Sequence record: PQ287644.1
DNA: 64,000 nt
Reading direction: 5' to 3' (one strand)
In this document: piece by piece, positions 1-10,426 of the stretch
Layout of the letters: every line of letters begins with the position of its first letter
Numbering within the stretch: the first letter of the stretch is position 1
The notes under the pieces: model-generated
Database searches by the model: none
What the model saw: the letters and a program-made list of their open reading frames with translations, nothing else
Told to the model about the DNA's origin: nothing
Program-made: the position numbers and the translations under genes

Positions 1-568
1 GAACCTCGACGGCGTCAACGCCTCCCAGTTCAAGACTGCGTACAACAGCCTGGTCGCTGACGTCAAAGCCGTTGTGAAAGAAACCGGCGGAAATGCCACT
101 GAGAAAGGTTCCGGTGACAAGCGTCAAGTCCTGGCTGCACGTGCCGGCTTCGGCATCTATCTCACCTTCGAAGAGAAGGTCGATACCGATGAAGAAGTCC
201 TGGCTGCCGCGCGTTCCATCAAGCTGTCCTTCGGCAAGAACAAGGACGCCTCCGAGTTCGCCAAAGGTGAAGCGGCTGTCAAGGCAACCAAAGCACAACT
301 GGAAAGCCTGCTGAAAACTGTGAGCAGTACCGTATCCGTTCTGAAAGACAGCAAGATCAGCCAGAAGTTCTCCAAGGCTGAACGTGACCGTGTCGTCGGC
401 ACCCTGAACGCCAAAGGTGGTGACAAGGACGCCAAGGCCGGCACCGACAAGGCGATCAAACTGGTGCGCGCGCTGTACAGCACCGGTGCGAGCCTGACCC
501 AGTCGGTCAACCGTCTGCTGGCTTACCAAGCCAAGCAATCGCTGGATCTGGTTGCGGCTCACCTGTAA
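1..568 (+). CDS. C-terminal part of a probable internal head protein (starts before window)
   Basis: Frame is open from base 2 to the stop at 568. Ala/Lys-rich, with strong C-ending codon bias like the capsid gene. Lies directly upstream of two internal-head-like genes. Confidence 0.5.
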   Translation, partial: NLDGVNASQFKTAYNSLVADVKAVVKETGGNATEKGSGDKRQVLAARAGFGIYLTFEEKVDTDEEVLAAARSIKLSFGKNKDASEFAKGEAAVKATKAQLESLLKTVSSTVSVLKDSKISQKFSKAERDRVVGTLNAKGGDKDAKAGTDKAIKLVRALYSTGASLTQSVNRLLAYQAKQSLDLVAAHL

Positions 569-599
569 GGTCGAGTGTTAGGATCTATTCCTAGAGGTA

Positions 600-630
600 C
601 TACAGGTAGGGGGATCTCCCCTACCTGTAG
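600..630. terminator. Intergenic hairpin (CCTACC family)
   Basis: Perfect 13-bp inverted repeat ctacaggtagggg/cccctacctgtag after a stop codon. Confidence 0.7.
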
Positions 631-694
631 CCTTTATGTCGCAATACTGTAATTTCGATGCTATGTACTCAACTTGACTATTAGGTTGTTAACG

Positions 695-1741
695 ATGAAT
701 ACGCATCCTGTAGCGCCCCTCCGATACGTGAATTCACCGACGGTGTATGAAGAGTATGAGGAGGATAGGGAGGGTTATAATCTAGTCAACGACGAAACGA
801 CTATGGTTGCACTCTCCAGAGAGAACGACAAGATCAGTGGATTAGAAAGTGTCTACAACTACGTTCTCCACCGACATCAGAATCGGTTGACTGCTTCGAC
901 CGGTACTGAGGGGTTTATTGATTCCGTTAAACACGGTATCAGTAAACTCATTCAAGTGGTTAAGGATTTCTTTAAGTGGATTTGGAGTTTCTTTGGGACC
1001 AAAGGGAAAGCCCTGAAAGACAAAGGAGATGAACTGGAGGTCGCTCTTAAAGCCAATGGTGTACGGGAGGATGACATTCCGTATCCCAAAGCCGCCTTTT
1101 ATATCTTCCCTAAAACGACCAAGTTACCGTCGAATGTGGCGTGGGTGGGTAGCGTCATCGGGGATATTGAGCGTGGGATTAAGACGATTGAACGGTACAG
1201 TGCAAGTGTGGGGAACTTCTGTAAGGAATTAGGTCGTCTGATTGACCATTCGAAATACGCAGAATTCACCACCAAACAGAAGGCCTTCTACCAAGAGGTT
1301 AAGGGTCTGTTAGGAGTGAACGCGAACCAGGAAGCCACCCTGGTGGTTAAAGATGACCTGGTCGTGGGTAAGAACACCGTGGAAGTGACGATTAACCTGA
1401 CGCGGGGGCTGGGTGTCCTGTCGGCTGATCGAGTGAAGAACGCGACCTTTAAGACTAATGTTTCGCAGGTGCGCGAACTCCTGGCCAAGCACAATCGTCT
1501 AACAGAATCCCTCAAGGACATGAACACTAAAGTCCATTCGTTGGAGAATGACTTTGTAACGGCGCTAATGGCAAGTTTGGACGTTAAAGAGGCGTCTCCT
1601 GAAGCTCAGGCTGCCATTAAGGAGATGAAAGCCGTGATTCGTAAAGCCATGGCGAGTCTTAAAGTCATGGAGACGGAAGTGTATCGGAGTGCTAACGCTG
1701 TTTACGCGGTGTTGGAAGCCGCTGTGAAGAGAAGGAGCTAA
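695..1741 (+). CDS. phiKZ-like internal head protein with cleavable propeptide
   Basis: Acidic N-terminus, then GLE and GTE|GFIDSVKHGISKLIQVVKDFFKWIWSFF: an (S/A/G)-x-E protease site followed by the amphipathic helix typical of this family. ATG at 695. Confidence 0.65.
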   Translation: MNTHPVAPLRYVNSPTVYEEYEEDREGYNLVNDETTMVALSRENDKISGLESVYNYVLHRHQNRLTASTGTEGFIDSVKHGISKLIQVVKDFFKWIWSFFGTKGKALKDKGDELEVALKANGVREDDIPYPKAAFYIFPKTTKLPSNVAWVGSVIGDIERGIKTIERYSASVGNFCKELGRLIDHSKYAEFTTKQKAFYQEVKGLLGVNANQEATLVVKDDLVVGKNTVEVTINLTRGLGVLSADRVKNATFKTNVSQVRELLAKHNRLTESLKDMNTKVHSLENDFVTALMASLDVKEASPEAQAAIKEMKAVIRKAMASLKVMETEVYRSANAVYAVLEAAVKRRS

Positions 1742-1746
1742 AGGTC

Positions 1747-2232
1747 ATGCAGCTTAGCTTATTGAATCAATCTGTTGTGGTGAAAGCCGCGCTGGGTGAT
1801 TACACGGACATTAACCCTCGGTTTGGGATTACCACGAGGATTAACGATACTGTGTTCAAATACGCCCCTCATGGAGAACTGCGTCAGAGTGTTCTGATTG
1901 AGCGCTTGGATCTTGGAGAATTCCTGAAGGGGATTCCCCAGGACATTAGCCAGGTGACGTATAAGGAGACCCCTGAGATCGTTGTGAGTCTTCTCCAGGA
2001 AAAGCTGGGGGTGTTCCCAGAGGAACAGGAACCAATTGTTCAACCCAGCACCCCCCTCGTCCTCAAGGAGGATGATCCTCATACCACGTACTTTGAACTC
2101 TGGCGGAGTTTTGTAGGGTTACCCGGTCTCTACCGTCACGAAGTCGACTTGGGCCTGGTTAACGACACTCTCATAATTGACGCACGTTACTCGACGATTT
2201 ACAAGGGTAATGTCACCGTTAAGGTTAAGTAA
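1747..2232 (+). CDS. Hypothetical, probable virion protein
   Basis: 161-aa ORF tightly packed in the structural operon. Confidence 0.55.
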   Translation: MQLSLLNQSVVVKAALGDYTDINPRFGITTRINDTVFKYAPHGELRQSVLIERLDLGEFLKGIPQDISQVTYKETPEIVVSLLQEKLGVFPEEQEPIVQPSTPLVLKEDDPHTTYFELWRSFVGLPGLYRHEVDLGLVNDTLIIDARYSTIYKGNVTVKVK

Positions 2233-2239
2233 GGGGACG

Positions 2240-3649
2240 ATGATGAACGCAGCCTATCGTTTAGGTTTGCTGGGGATGATCCTGGGGGAAGTGGGTAAGG
2301 ACGTTCTCTCCGAGGAGAAGACCCCCGAATTGGTTAACTACCTGGAAAAACATGGGGTTAGTCAATTAACTGAAGAACACATCATGGGTCAGATTGTCAA
2401 CACACTGAATATTATCAGTCGTGAGTTTGACTATTACGACGCCAGTGAGTTGAAAGTGAATGCTGTCCTGGACCGTTACCTGAAGGAAACCCTGAGCAGT
2501 ATTGAGAATGGAATCTATCAATTCCCTCGGGATATTTCCATGCTGATTTGTTCGTTGGGGAATAAGGGTGGGGCGTTTACGGAGACGGAAGGAGTAGGTG
2601 AACTGATCAGCACGGGTAAAGGGTTGGTCAATTACCTGCTGGAACAGGATGAGGATAGTCTGAAGCGTACTCCTGCTGAAGTGTATTCCGCTACCGCGCG
2701 TAAACTGGAATACATTGACAAGATTCTGAGTCTGGTGGACATCTTTGTAACCTCTCGTCAGGGGCTGTTGGCGGGCTTGGAAGAATATGCGCCGATGGAC
2801 TACACCTACCTCCATCCGATTGAGGTCAATCATTGGGGGGTTCCTGGGTTGGAGTGTGCGGGGGGTGAGACCTGTGAATGCGGGTGTGTGCTCGATCATC
2901 CATTGCATGTTCTCCAGGGCCTGGAAGATTACCTGGATGGTATTCAAAGTACCGACCGTGATTATTTCCTGACTGTTGCTGAAATGAATGGGGTTAAACT
3001 CCGCTCCATTGAAGGGAGTGAGGGTCAAGTCTTTGACTCCATTAAAGCGGTTGCTCGGAATGCGTACCAAGCGGCTTTGAGTGGATGGGAACAACTGAAA
3101 GCCTGGTACGAGTCGTCTGAGAAAGAGAAAGCTGACAACGACGCGGTAGCAAAGACTGGGGAGGACAATAAGAAAGCAGTCCAAACCATGCCCACTAAGA
3201 ATGTCACTATCAATGACAAGGCGCGTGAGGGGATTAAGACCCTGGCGGAGAAGGTGGATGTCTCTGGGGCAATGTCTCAGGTTGTGAATCGGCTTCGGAC
3301 ACCCACGGACGTAGGGGGAGTGATCGATGGGCTGTTGGGTCTTCTTAGGAAAGAAGAAGTCAACGGTGAGAAACTCCGGGCTGATAAGAAAGCGGTTGAT
3401 GCCACCCTGGCTGAATTGAGGAAAGCTTCTCAGCAGACCAGTGGGAATGATGAAGACAAAGAAGCGGTTAGTGCGGCTAAGGCAGCGGTGCAGGAAACGG
3501 TTAAAGCTGCTAAAGAAGCTGTCGCGGAGGCCAAGAAGAAGATTGGTGAACACGATAAGTTGGTTAAAGGTCTTCGTAAAGCCATTAAAGGTATTACACC
3601 CCACATCTTTATTAAAGAGGGTGGGAACACTGAGGGTACGAACACATGA
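2240..3649 (+). CDS. Probable internal head protein, multiply processed
   Basis: RBS aagggg and ATG at 2240. Several GLE/SIE/GSE motifs precede GQVFDSIKAVARNAY...WEQLKAWY and an Ala/Lys-rich helical C-half. Confidence 0.6.
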   Translation: MMNAAYRLGLLGMILGEVGKDVLSEEKTPELVNYLEKHGVSQLTEEHIMGQIVNTLNIISREFDYYDASELKVNAVLDRYLKETLSSIENGIYQFPRDISMLICSLGNKGGAFTETEGVGELISTGKGLVNYLLEQDEDSLKRTPAEVYSATARKLEYIDKILSLVDIFVTSRQGLLAGLEEYAPMDYTYLHPIEVNHWGVPGLECAGGETCECGCVLDHPLHVLQGLEDYLDGIQSTDRDYFLTVAEMNGVKLRSIEGSEGQVFDSIKAVARNAYQAALSGWEQLKAWYESSEKEKADNDAVAKTGEDNKKAVQTMPTKNVTINDKAREGIKTLAEKVDVSGAMSQVVNRLRTPTDVGGVIDGLLGLLRKEEVNGEKLRADKKAVDATLAELRKASQQTSGNDEDKEAVSAAKAAVQETVKAAKEAVAEAKKKIGEHDKLVKGLRKAIKGITPHIFIKEGGNTEGTNT

Positions 3650-4401
3650 AGACACTTCATCCACGTGTCTTGGAACAGATTCAAGCACAATTGCCCAAAG
3701 ACAGCGTTATCCTGGGTACTCAGCCTGGTGATGAAGACGTCGGGTATGTGGTGGTTCAGTTGAATAACGACGAAACCATGCTCCCTATCCCGAAGAAGGA
3801 TATTGGAGATTACATGGGGGTCAGTATTCCTGAACTCCCGGTGGGTGACCAAGAGCCGTTGGCTCAGGTGTTTAAACGGCTCAGTAACGCGTTTAAACTC
3901 TTCCTCGTGGAAGGGGTGGACTATACGGCTCCAGAAGGGAAGGTAGAACTGCCCAAGAACGCACCCTCTCCTTTCCAGATGGTCACCCTGGAGATCGCTC
4001 CGACCAGTATCCTGTGGAAAGGACGCCTGGTCCTTAAACTGCTCAATAAAGCCCGCTTAGGACCTTCAGGGATTCTTAAAGCCACCGACTTGGATACCCC
4101 TCGTCTCCAGATGGCGTTAAGTTCTAAAATCTTCCAGGGGAATGGGAACCTCTTTACGGAGAACCGGTCTCGGTTGTCTGACACCTTCTGTCAGCAGGTG
4201 GTGGATTACCTGAACGCCGTTAAGATCCAGTCGGTTACGGTGGATCGGTTGAAAGAGGGTGAATTGATCGATAACGTTTCGGATTGTTTCTCAGGGTTGG
4301 TGATCATTAAGCTTGAGGAGGGTCCTCATCTGTTTATTCGGTACCGTTCCGAAGGGGAAGAAGATCCCCAACCATCGCCCGGTGACGTAGACCCGGAATA
4401 A
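3646..4401 (+). CDS. Hypothetical virion protein
   Basis: 251-aa ORF with ATGA overlap to the upstream gene. Confidence 0.55.
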   Translation: MKTLHPRVLEQIQAQLPKDSVILGTQPGDEDVGYVVVQLNNDETMLPIPKKDIGDYMGVSIPELPVGDQEPLAQVFKRLSNAFKLFLVEGVDYTAPEGKVELPKNAPSPFQMVTLEIAPTSILWKGRLVLKLLNKARLGPSGILKATDLDTPRLQMALSSKIFQGNGNLFTENRSRLSDTFCQQVVDYLNAVKIQSVTVDRLKEGELIDNVSDCFSGLVIIKLEEGPHLFIRYRSEGEEDPQPSPGDVDPE

Positions 4402-4418
4402 CCAACGTCTGGTACTGG

Positions 4419-4449
4419 GGAGGGAGAAGGGGGGAACCCCTCTCCCTCC
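4419..4449. terminator. Intergenic hairpin
   Basis: ggagggaga...tctccctcc inverted repeat. Confidence 0.6.
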
Positions 4450-4475
4450 TAGACCACATCGTGCAGGCAGTGAAT

Positions 4476-5969
4476 ATGCTTAAAACTTTTGTTGAATGCG
4501 AAGAAAACTACGACGCTTATTTGCGTCCTGCGATTTATGATTCCATTAAGGCTGTATTGAACTTCTACGGGCTAGACTCCGCCACCGCTATTTACTACAA
4601 CGGTGAGAATGAGATTGCGAAGACCGTAGGGAGCAATATGAGTGACGGTCCTCACGCGGATCGGTATACCGATGGGATTTTCAGGAACAAGATCTTTATT
4701 GTTCCTGAGGTGAACCGTAGTGAGGCTTGGACGAACCGTCGTCAGATGGTAGAGCGGCCCGTACTGTACAACAAGGAACTGGGTATCCTGTTGTCCCCTA
4801 CGTTTGAGAACAAACGGATTGATGTCAAAGTCGTCTCGATGTTCAACTCGGAGAACACTGCTCGGCAGATGAAAGACCGTATGAACCGGCTCAAGGAGAA
4901 CCAAGTCGTTGACTTCACCTTCTCCCCAACGACTCATATGGTCATTAATCCTCCTATTCTGGAATTCCTGGAGGTGATTTACGACCTCTTGAAGAAGAAC
5001 AACCCGTCGGTACCTGACCCGTCTGAATGGTTGGGTAAGATGTGGCAGTTCCCAGTGCGTGTGATCAGTAACGTAGCGGGTAACCACAAACGGGTAGTTA
5101 TCCCGCTTAAACAGAACCGGGTTGGCATTCAGTTCTCCGAACCCTTTGTAGCGAAGACGAATAAGAGCGCGACCTATGGTCGGTGGGAAGTGGAGTTTAC
5201 GTACAGCTTCTTCTTCAATGATTTCATTGGGTGGGAGTTTGAGTATCCCCTGAACATTTATCAGGATGAAATACCCAGTCAGTATATTCCGAGAGTCCAA
5301 CCTCAACATGAATTACCGGAGTTCATTAAAGCCGCTCCTGAAGTAGAAGCCGGTCGGGAAATTATGTTCCCGGAAGGGTTCAGACACACCCCCTTCTATT
5401 TGAAGCTGCCTAAGCACGATCCTTGGGCGTGGCCTAACTTCGATTGGATGCAACCGGTGATCCAAGCACGACTCAAAGTCGAGGATGAACCCACTCAGGT
5501 ACTTTGTAACCTATTTGATATTCCTGACTTTGTTTGGTACGACAATGCTAAGGCGTATTTACTTCGTCGTCATGCGATTGCCTTCCAGCATTTTGAAACC
5601 CCTTTTCTGATTCAAGTCTTTGAAAATGACCAGTTAATTGCCCCTGAACACCTGACCCTGGATGAGAAGGGGTCTATAACGCTTCACAGCAGGCCTGTTT
5701 TAAACAAAACATATCGAGTAGTGGTAACCCTCGACTATGCGATAAGAGACTATTCTGACGCATTCTGGAGCGATTTAATCGATCATCCTGAAGACTGGGG
5801 TATTTTGCCTCAAATCTTTGATTGGTTCGATTTCAGTGAAGTGCCTGAACCGTGGTACTTACACATCAACTACCTCCGGAAACACATCCATAAGGGATGG
5901 GGTCGTTGGACCGAGCGCTTTAACCGATATGAGATGGGCTTTGGTTTGTGGGCCTACCGGAACGATTAA
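4476..5969 (+). CDS. Virion structural protein (phiKZ-like conserved block)
   Basis: ~497-aa ORF. Position between the internal-head genes and DnaB matches recalled phiKZ-like synteny. Confidence 0.55.
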   Translation: MLKTFVECEENYDAYLRPAIYDSIKAVLNFYGLDSATAIYYNGENEIAKTVGSNMSDGPHADRYTDGIFRNKIFIVPEVNRSEAWTNRRQMVERPVLYNKELGILLSPTFENKRIDVKVVSMFNSENTARQMKDRMNRLKENQVVDFTFSPTTHMVINPPILEFLEVIYDLLKKNNPSVPDPSEWLGKMWQFPVRVISNVAGNHKRVVIPLKQNRVGIQFSEPFVAKTNKSATYGRWEVEFTYSFFFNDFIGWEFEYPLNIYQDEIPSQYIPRVQPQHELPEFIKAAPEVEAGREIMFPEGFRHTPFYLKLPKHDPWAWPNFDWMQPVIQARLKVEDEPTQVLCNLFDIPDFVWYDNAKAYLLRRHAIAFQHFETPFLIQVFENDQLIAPEHLTLDEKGSITLHSRPVLNKTYRVVVTLDYAIRDYSDAFWSDLIDHPEDWGILPQIFDWFDFSEVPEPWYLHINYLRKHIHKGWGRWTERFNRYEMGFGLWAYRND

Positions 5970-5984
5970 GAAGGAAATGAAACC

Positions 5985-7280
5985 ATGTCTCTGGATATTA
6001 ACCCTATCGGAAGGGATATTCCGATTGAACCTGAAACGCCCCGGATCTACAGTGAGACGTATCGACATTCCATTGTGGATTCCGTTTGGCAACCCGAACA
6101 GAGCCTGCTCTCTGAAGTTGAAGGCCGTCCTCGTCTCTGTCAGTACTTCCGTCAATTCCTGAATCCAGGTGAAGAACCTAAACCCTTCTACCCTGGAAAC
6201 ACCGGAACGTATCAGAGTTACGTACGTATTGACCGGTTACCCCTCAAGATCGATGGGGATGAAACGTTTAACTTTGATCCTCAGACCGGTGAATCCACCA
6301 AGATCTTTAACTTCTGGTTTACCACCGATGCCAACCCTATTCGTCATGATGTGTTTATTGTGGATATTGGGGATGGTCGAGCAGGGCTCTTTGCGTGTAC
6401 GGAACAACCGGAAATTCGTAATTTCACCGCAAATAAGGTGTACTTCGTTACCGCGGTATTGAGGGGTATCCTGGACCAGGAGACAGATACCATTCTCCAA
6501 GGACGGGTGGTCCAGCACCGGGTGTATTCCAAAGATTCTGTACTCCACGGAGGAGCTTCCCTGATTACTAAAGGGGAAGAGGAAGTTGGACAGAAACTCT
6601 TCCAGTGGAATCAAACCATCGCCAGTCATATCCTGAAACGGTTCTACTGGAACCCTGAACGGACCATTGTGTTCGATAAAAAGGGGACCAATGAGAAGGA
6701 TAAGGTGTATGACCCTTATCTGGTGAACTTCCTGACTGCGTTTATTACCCCGGACATGCGGCAGAACTACCCGCCCATTAACCAGTTCTCGGTTCAGTAC
6801 GGGGGATTGGAGTACAGTCGGTGGGGAACGAACAACATTTGGGAAGTGTTGTTGAGGGGGGATTTGAATCTCTTGAAGGTGTGCGACAACAAAGCCGCCT
6901 TGGTGGAAGTAACCCGCTTAATGAACAGTCGGTTGTACGGTAACCTGTCGTCGAGTAAGATCCGGTGGTTCGTGACCACCAACCCTAAGGACTTCATTGC
7001 GTATCGGGTTCATTTCAATATGGATGGGTATCCCATTGTTATTCCCGGGAAACAAGAGGACATTACATACCTCTTTAGCCAAGGTTTCTACCATGGGAAA
7101 CCCGAAGGCACCTTTGAGAGCCTCCTGTACCGAACCCTTACCACGAAAGTCACGGATCATAAAGAACTCTTAGCCTATTGCGAAGGGTACTTTGATAAGG
7201 AACCGGTAGAACAACTGTACGAAGGGGCTATTCTGCTGATGCTGCTGAAGTACGCGCGTAAATTTGGAGGTCCGCTATGA
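5985..7280 (+). CDS. Virion structural protein
   Basis: 431-aa ORF with RBS aagga in the same operon. Confidence 0.55.
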   Translation: MSLDINPIGRDIPIEPETPRIYSETYRHSIVDSVWQPEQSLLSEVEGRPRLCQYFRQFLNPGEEPKPFYPGNTGTYQSYVRIDRLPLKIDGDETFNFDPQTGESTKIFNFWFTTDANPIRHDVFIVDIGDGRAGLFACTEQPEIRNFTANKVYFVTAVLRGILDQETDTILQGRVVQHRVYSKDSVLHGGASLITKGEEEVGQKLFQWNQTIASHILKRFYWNPERTIVFDKKGTNEKDKVYDPYLVNFLTAFITPDMRQNYPPINQFSVQYGGLEYSRWGTNNIWEVLLRGDLNLLKVCDNKAALVEVTRLMNSRLYGNLSSSKIRWFVTTNPKDFIAYRVHFNMDGYPIVIPGKQEDITYLFSQGFYHGKPEGTFESLLYRTLTTKVTDHKELLAYCEGYFDKEPVEQLYEGAILLMLLKYARKFGGPL

Positions 7281-8011
7281 GCATGCCCTTAAGTCGGTAT
7301 AACACCATACGCACCCGACTAATCGAACTCTACAACATTCTGAATAACCGGTCCTTCGATGTGTGGGTAACGCCCGCAATGCTCATGAGTTTGGAAGAAC
7401 TCCGGGATCGGGAAGAATACTCCCAGGAGGGGTTCGTTGGAGATCCGAATTACTACAACGAATACCAAGTTCGACGGATGAGTGTTCCCAGGATCATCGA
7501 TATCCTGCCTAACTTGTCCAGTGAGAAGGATTTGGGATTCAGGGAACCTCAGATTGTGATTCCGTTGATCTACGAATCCATTCAGGAGTACATTTGCCTC
7601 TGGTGTGAACTCTTTAAGAAAGCACCGGAGTTTCCAACACCCTCCATTGATGAACTCCGTAAGCTGGAACTCCTGGCGTATACCCTCTTTAACTTCTACA
7701 AACGGATTAAACCGTACTTGGATAAGAAGAAACTACGGGAACTGGGGGGTGATGTTCAGGAGACCGATAAACGGAACCTAATGCAATTGTCTGCGCTGTT
7801 TAGTATCAACGCCATGGGAACCCCCAAAGCTGAGATCAGTTTCGTCAGTCATTTGGATGAACTCTTCGGGGACGATACGTTGAACCCGGGTCTCTCACTC
7901 AGTGAACAGCCGTATATCACGAACAAAGCTGTAGCGGATAGTTTAGCCACGCATGATACACCTGAGGATCTCGGTCCTTGGTTGTTCAATAAACCAACAG
8001 GATTACTGTGA
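7277..8011 (+). CDS. Conserved hypothetical protein
   Basis: 244-aa ORF with 4-nt overlaps on both sides. Confidence 0.55.
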   Translation: MSMPLSRYNTIRTRLIELYNILNNRSFDVWVTPAMLMSLEELRDREEYSQEGFVGDPNYYNEYQVRRMSVPRIIDILPNLSSEKDLGFREPQIVIPLIYESIQEYICLWCELFKKAPEFPTPSIDELRKLELLAYTLFNFYKRIKPYLDKKKLRELGGDVQETDKRNLMQLSALFSINAMGTPKAEISFVSHLDELFGDDTLNPGLSLSEQPYITNKAVADSLATHDTPEDLGPWLFNKPTGLL

Positions 8012-9351
8012 GTATGGAATTACCACGTCCATTAGCTAACTTAATCGCCTTAGCGAACTCGGTGAATGCACAACGGTCGGATAAGAAGATCCGACTGTTT
8101 GCAACGATCATTACCCCGGTGGAACAGATTGAACTGATTATCCCCACGGGGATGGCTCGATTGTCGATGTATTCAGCGAACTGTTCCGATGACTGGCGTA
8201 TTCAGGGCAACTTGCAACCCGGGGTTTACCTGAACCGAATCTTGCCCTATAAGGACAATCTCTTTATCGAAGTGGTCGAACGCCAAGGTCTTCATCAAAC
8301 CATGAGTCGGTTCCGGTGTATCCCCTTGAGTGACTCGAACCCTGAGATGGCCGGTAACAGTGTCCATTTGGCTCACCTGGAAGGTAAGGACAGTATTAAC
8401 CTGATAACGGTTAAGTTCCAGATGATTGAACTGGGGTACGCTTTGCTGAAGAATGAGATGGTGTCTGACAAGCACTTAATGACCACCTTGGATGACGCGC
8501 TTCACTACCAACTCACCAAATACGGTAAGCAACTTCAGTTGACGGGTAAGGATGCCTTTAGAGGGGTGGACATTGAGCGTCCTATCGATAACCCTCGGGT
8601 CTTTAAGTTGATTGATATACCGTCTGCGGTGCCTTTACCCCAGTTAGGGATGTGGATGCAGACCCATGAGGAGTTTGGGATCTATACCAAAGGCTTTGGG
8701 ATGTATTACCAGAAAGGCCTTTGGATGATTTACCCGCTCTTCAAAATCGGTCGGTATGAGAACGGTAAACGGGTACTGAGTATTTATCGACTACCCCCTG
8801 ATGCAGTCCCTACCCTCCACGCCACGTACTTCACCCAAGACCGGGTCACAACGATCCTGGCAACCGGTACAGGACGCCATGTGGATGGGGCTGACATTGA
8901 CCGTCAGAATGAGGGTACGGGTAAACGGCTGATCAATTCGGACGCTGTCATGGGTGAAGTGGGTAACTACTACGCTAAGGGTCAGTCCGCGTCTACCCGT
9001 CCTGATTCCCTCTCCGAATACCAAACCGCTAAGCGGAGCAGTGGGGAGGAGATTATACCCTTTGAACCGACTCCTACCAATAACCTCTGTAAGCACTTAT
9101 CCGTGAATGCTTACAACGATGGATCATTGGAAACGATTCAGTGGAATAACTCGAACAGGGACTTACTAGAACCGGGTATGCCCGTACGGTTCTTCTTTAT
9201 GAGTGGGGATGATCGCTTGAAGTACAAGGAGGGTACTCTGATTGGTGCTCGTACTGAACTCATGAAGGATACGGAAAGTCCAGATATTATCTTTAGGGAA
9301 CATTCTGCTTTAACCCTCTTCTTGAATGATAAGGTGTTTGATGCTCCTTAG
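8008..9351 (+). CDS. Virion structural protein
   Basis: 447-aa ORF ending the operon. Confidence 0.55.
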   Translation: MSMELPRPLANLIALANSVNAQRSDKKIRLFATIITPVEQIELIIPTGMARLSMYSANCSDDWRIQGNLQPGVYLNRILPYKDNLFIEVVERQGLHQTMSRFRCIPLSDSNPEMAGNSVHLAHLEGKDSINLITVKFQMIELGYALLKNEMVSDKHLMTTLDDALHYQLTKYGKQLQLTGKDAFRGVDIERPIDNPRVFKLIDIPSAVPLPQLGMWMQTHEEFGIYTKGFGMYYQKGLWMIYPLFKIGRYENGKRVLSIYRLPPDAVPTLHATYFTQDRVTTILATGTGRHVDGADIDRQNEGTGKRLINSDAVMGEVGNYYAKGQSASTRPDSLSEYQTAKRSSGEEIIPFEPTPTNNLCKHLSVNAYNDGSLETIQWNNSNRDLLEPGMPVRFFFMSGDDRLKYKEGTLIGARTELMKDTESPDIIFREHSALTLFLNDKVFDAP

Positions 9352-9438
9352 GTAATTTATCACTTAATGTATTTATTGTATTGTAAACTGGCTGACAAGC
9401 GGGTGGGGAAAGGGGTTTATTTCCTAATAAAGAGTGGA

Positions 9439-9600
9439 GTAGTTACGGAGTAACTACGACTTCCTTGTTCTATCTTTTGATCTTTCTCTATTCTCTTTAG
9501 ATCTTTCTTTTGATTTATACGGAATACAGAGAAAGGGAAGAGAGGGAATACCCCTTATACCCCCGAAAGGGGGATGAGGAATAAGGAAAGAGAACCGTAG
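9439..9600. other. Structured intergenic element (pyrimidine tract then purine tract)
   Basis: gtagttac-gga-gtaactac hairpin; ttccttgttc pairs with gaataaggaa; ctttctct pairs with agagaaag; cccc-gaaa-gggg GNRA hairpin. Confidence 0.4.
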
Positions 9601-9697
9601 GTTAATCAGTATTCCAACACTTTCTGATTAATACATTCAGCAAGCAGAGCTGAGAAGATTGCTCTGCCATTATCGATTCACTACCGGAGTAAATACC

Positions 9698-9943
9698 ATG
9701 ACTGGGGATTTCGACCATCTCAGTAACCGTCAACTGGCAGACTTGCTGGCGGGTTACCATTCGTACGGCACTACACGGACGAGCGAGATTCCCGGGCCTG
9801 TAATGCTCAAACTCATCCGTAAACGTCTCCGGGCAACTGAACCTCTGCCTGATATCATTCCCTGTCTCGACGACGGCAAAGACGAACGTGTGCTCGGTCT
9901 GTTTGGTGAACGCATCACGGTTAAAGGAAAAGAAAAACAATGA
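9698..9943 (+). CDS. Small hypothetical protein
   Basis: RBS ggag and ATG at 9698; 81 aa. Confidence 0.55.
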   Translation: MTGDFDHLSNRQLADLLAGYHSYGTTRTSEIPGPVMLKLIRKRLRATEPLPDIIPCLDDGKDERVLGLFGERITVKGKEKQ

Positions 9944-10380
9944 CACCTCGTGGGATTAATGAAATTAAGAATACGTTCGATCTCTTACACGTGAGTGTAG
10001 AGGATCAAACGAATGCGGGGATATTGATACGGTTATTGGAAAGGGAGGCGAAGATTACCTTTGCTAAGGCGGATACGTTGTTTGTGATGCTGGTAAGGCG
10101 TCTAGCAGCGCTTAGGCGAGGCGATCAGGTAGAAAGGAGTACGGTAGAGGCGGGTAAGGACAATCGACTCTATTGGAAGCTTACAGAAGCGTACAGAGTA
10201 CTTCAAGATAAACCCCCTACCGATCCTCCGTTGTGTAAAGTCCCTGACGGGTTGGAAGATGTCTTCTTAGCCTTTACGAAGACAGAACCGTTGTATCAAG
10301 AAGGCCCCGGGTATTACGGGGCGGTGTATGCAGGTGACCGCTTACTGACCGCACCTCCGCCTGTAGACTTTGAGTCATGA
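9940..10380 (+). CDS. Hypothetical protein
   Basis: 146 aa, ATGA overlap. Confidence 0.55.
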   Translation: MTPRGINEIKNTFDLLHVSVEDQTNAGILIRLLEREAKITFAKADTLFVMLVRRLAALRRGDQVERSTVEAGKDNRLYWKLTEAYRVLQDKPPTDPPLCKVPDGLEDVFLAFTKTEPLYQEGPGYYGAVYAGDRLLTAPPPVDFES

Positions 10381-10426
10381 AAACAGTAAATGTTTACGGG
10401 CATACCCACTTACTACCCCATTACTG

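Noticed and set aside
2366-3688. 440-aa antisense ORF (likewise 4572..5309, 19883..20812, 31394..32263, 39000..40190)
   Set aside because: All lie fully opposite well-supported plus-strand genes and have atypical composition.
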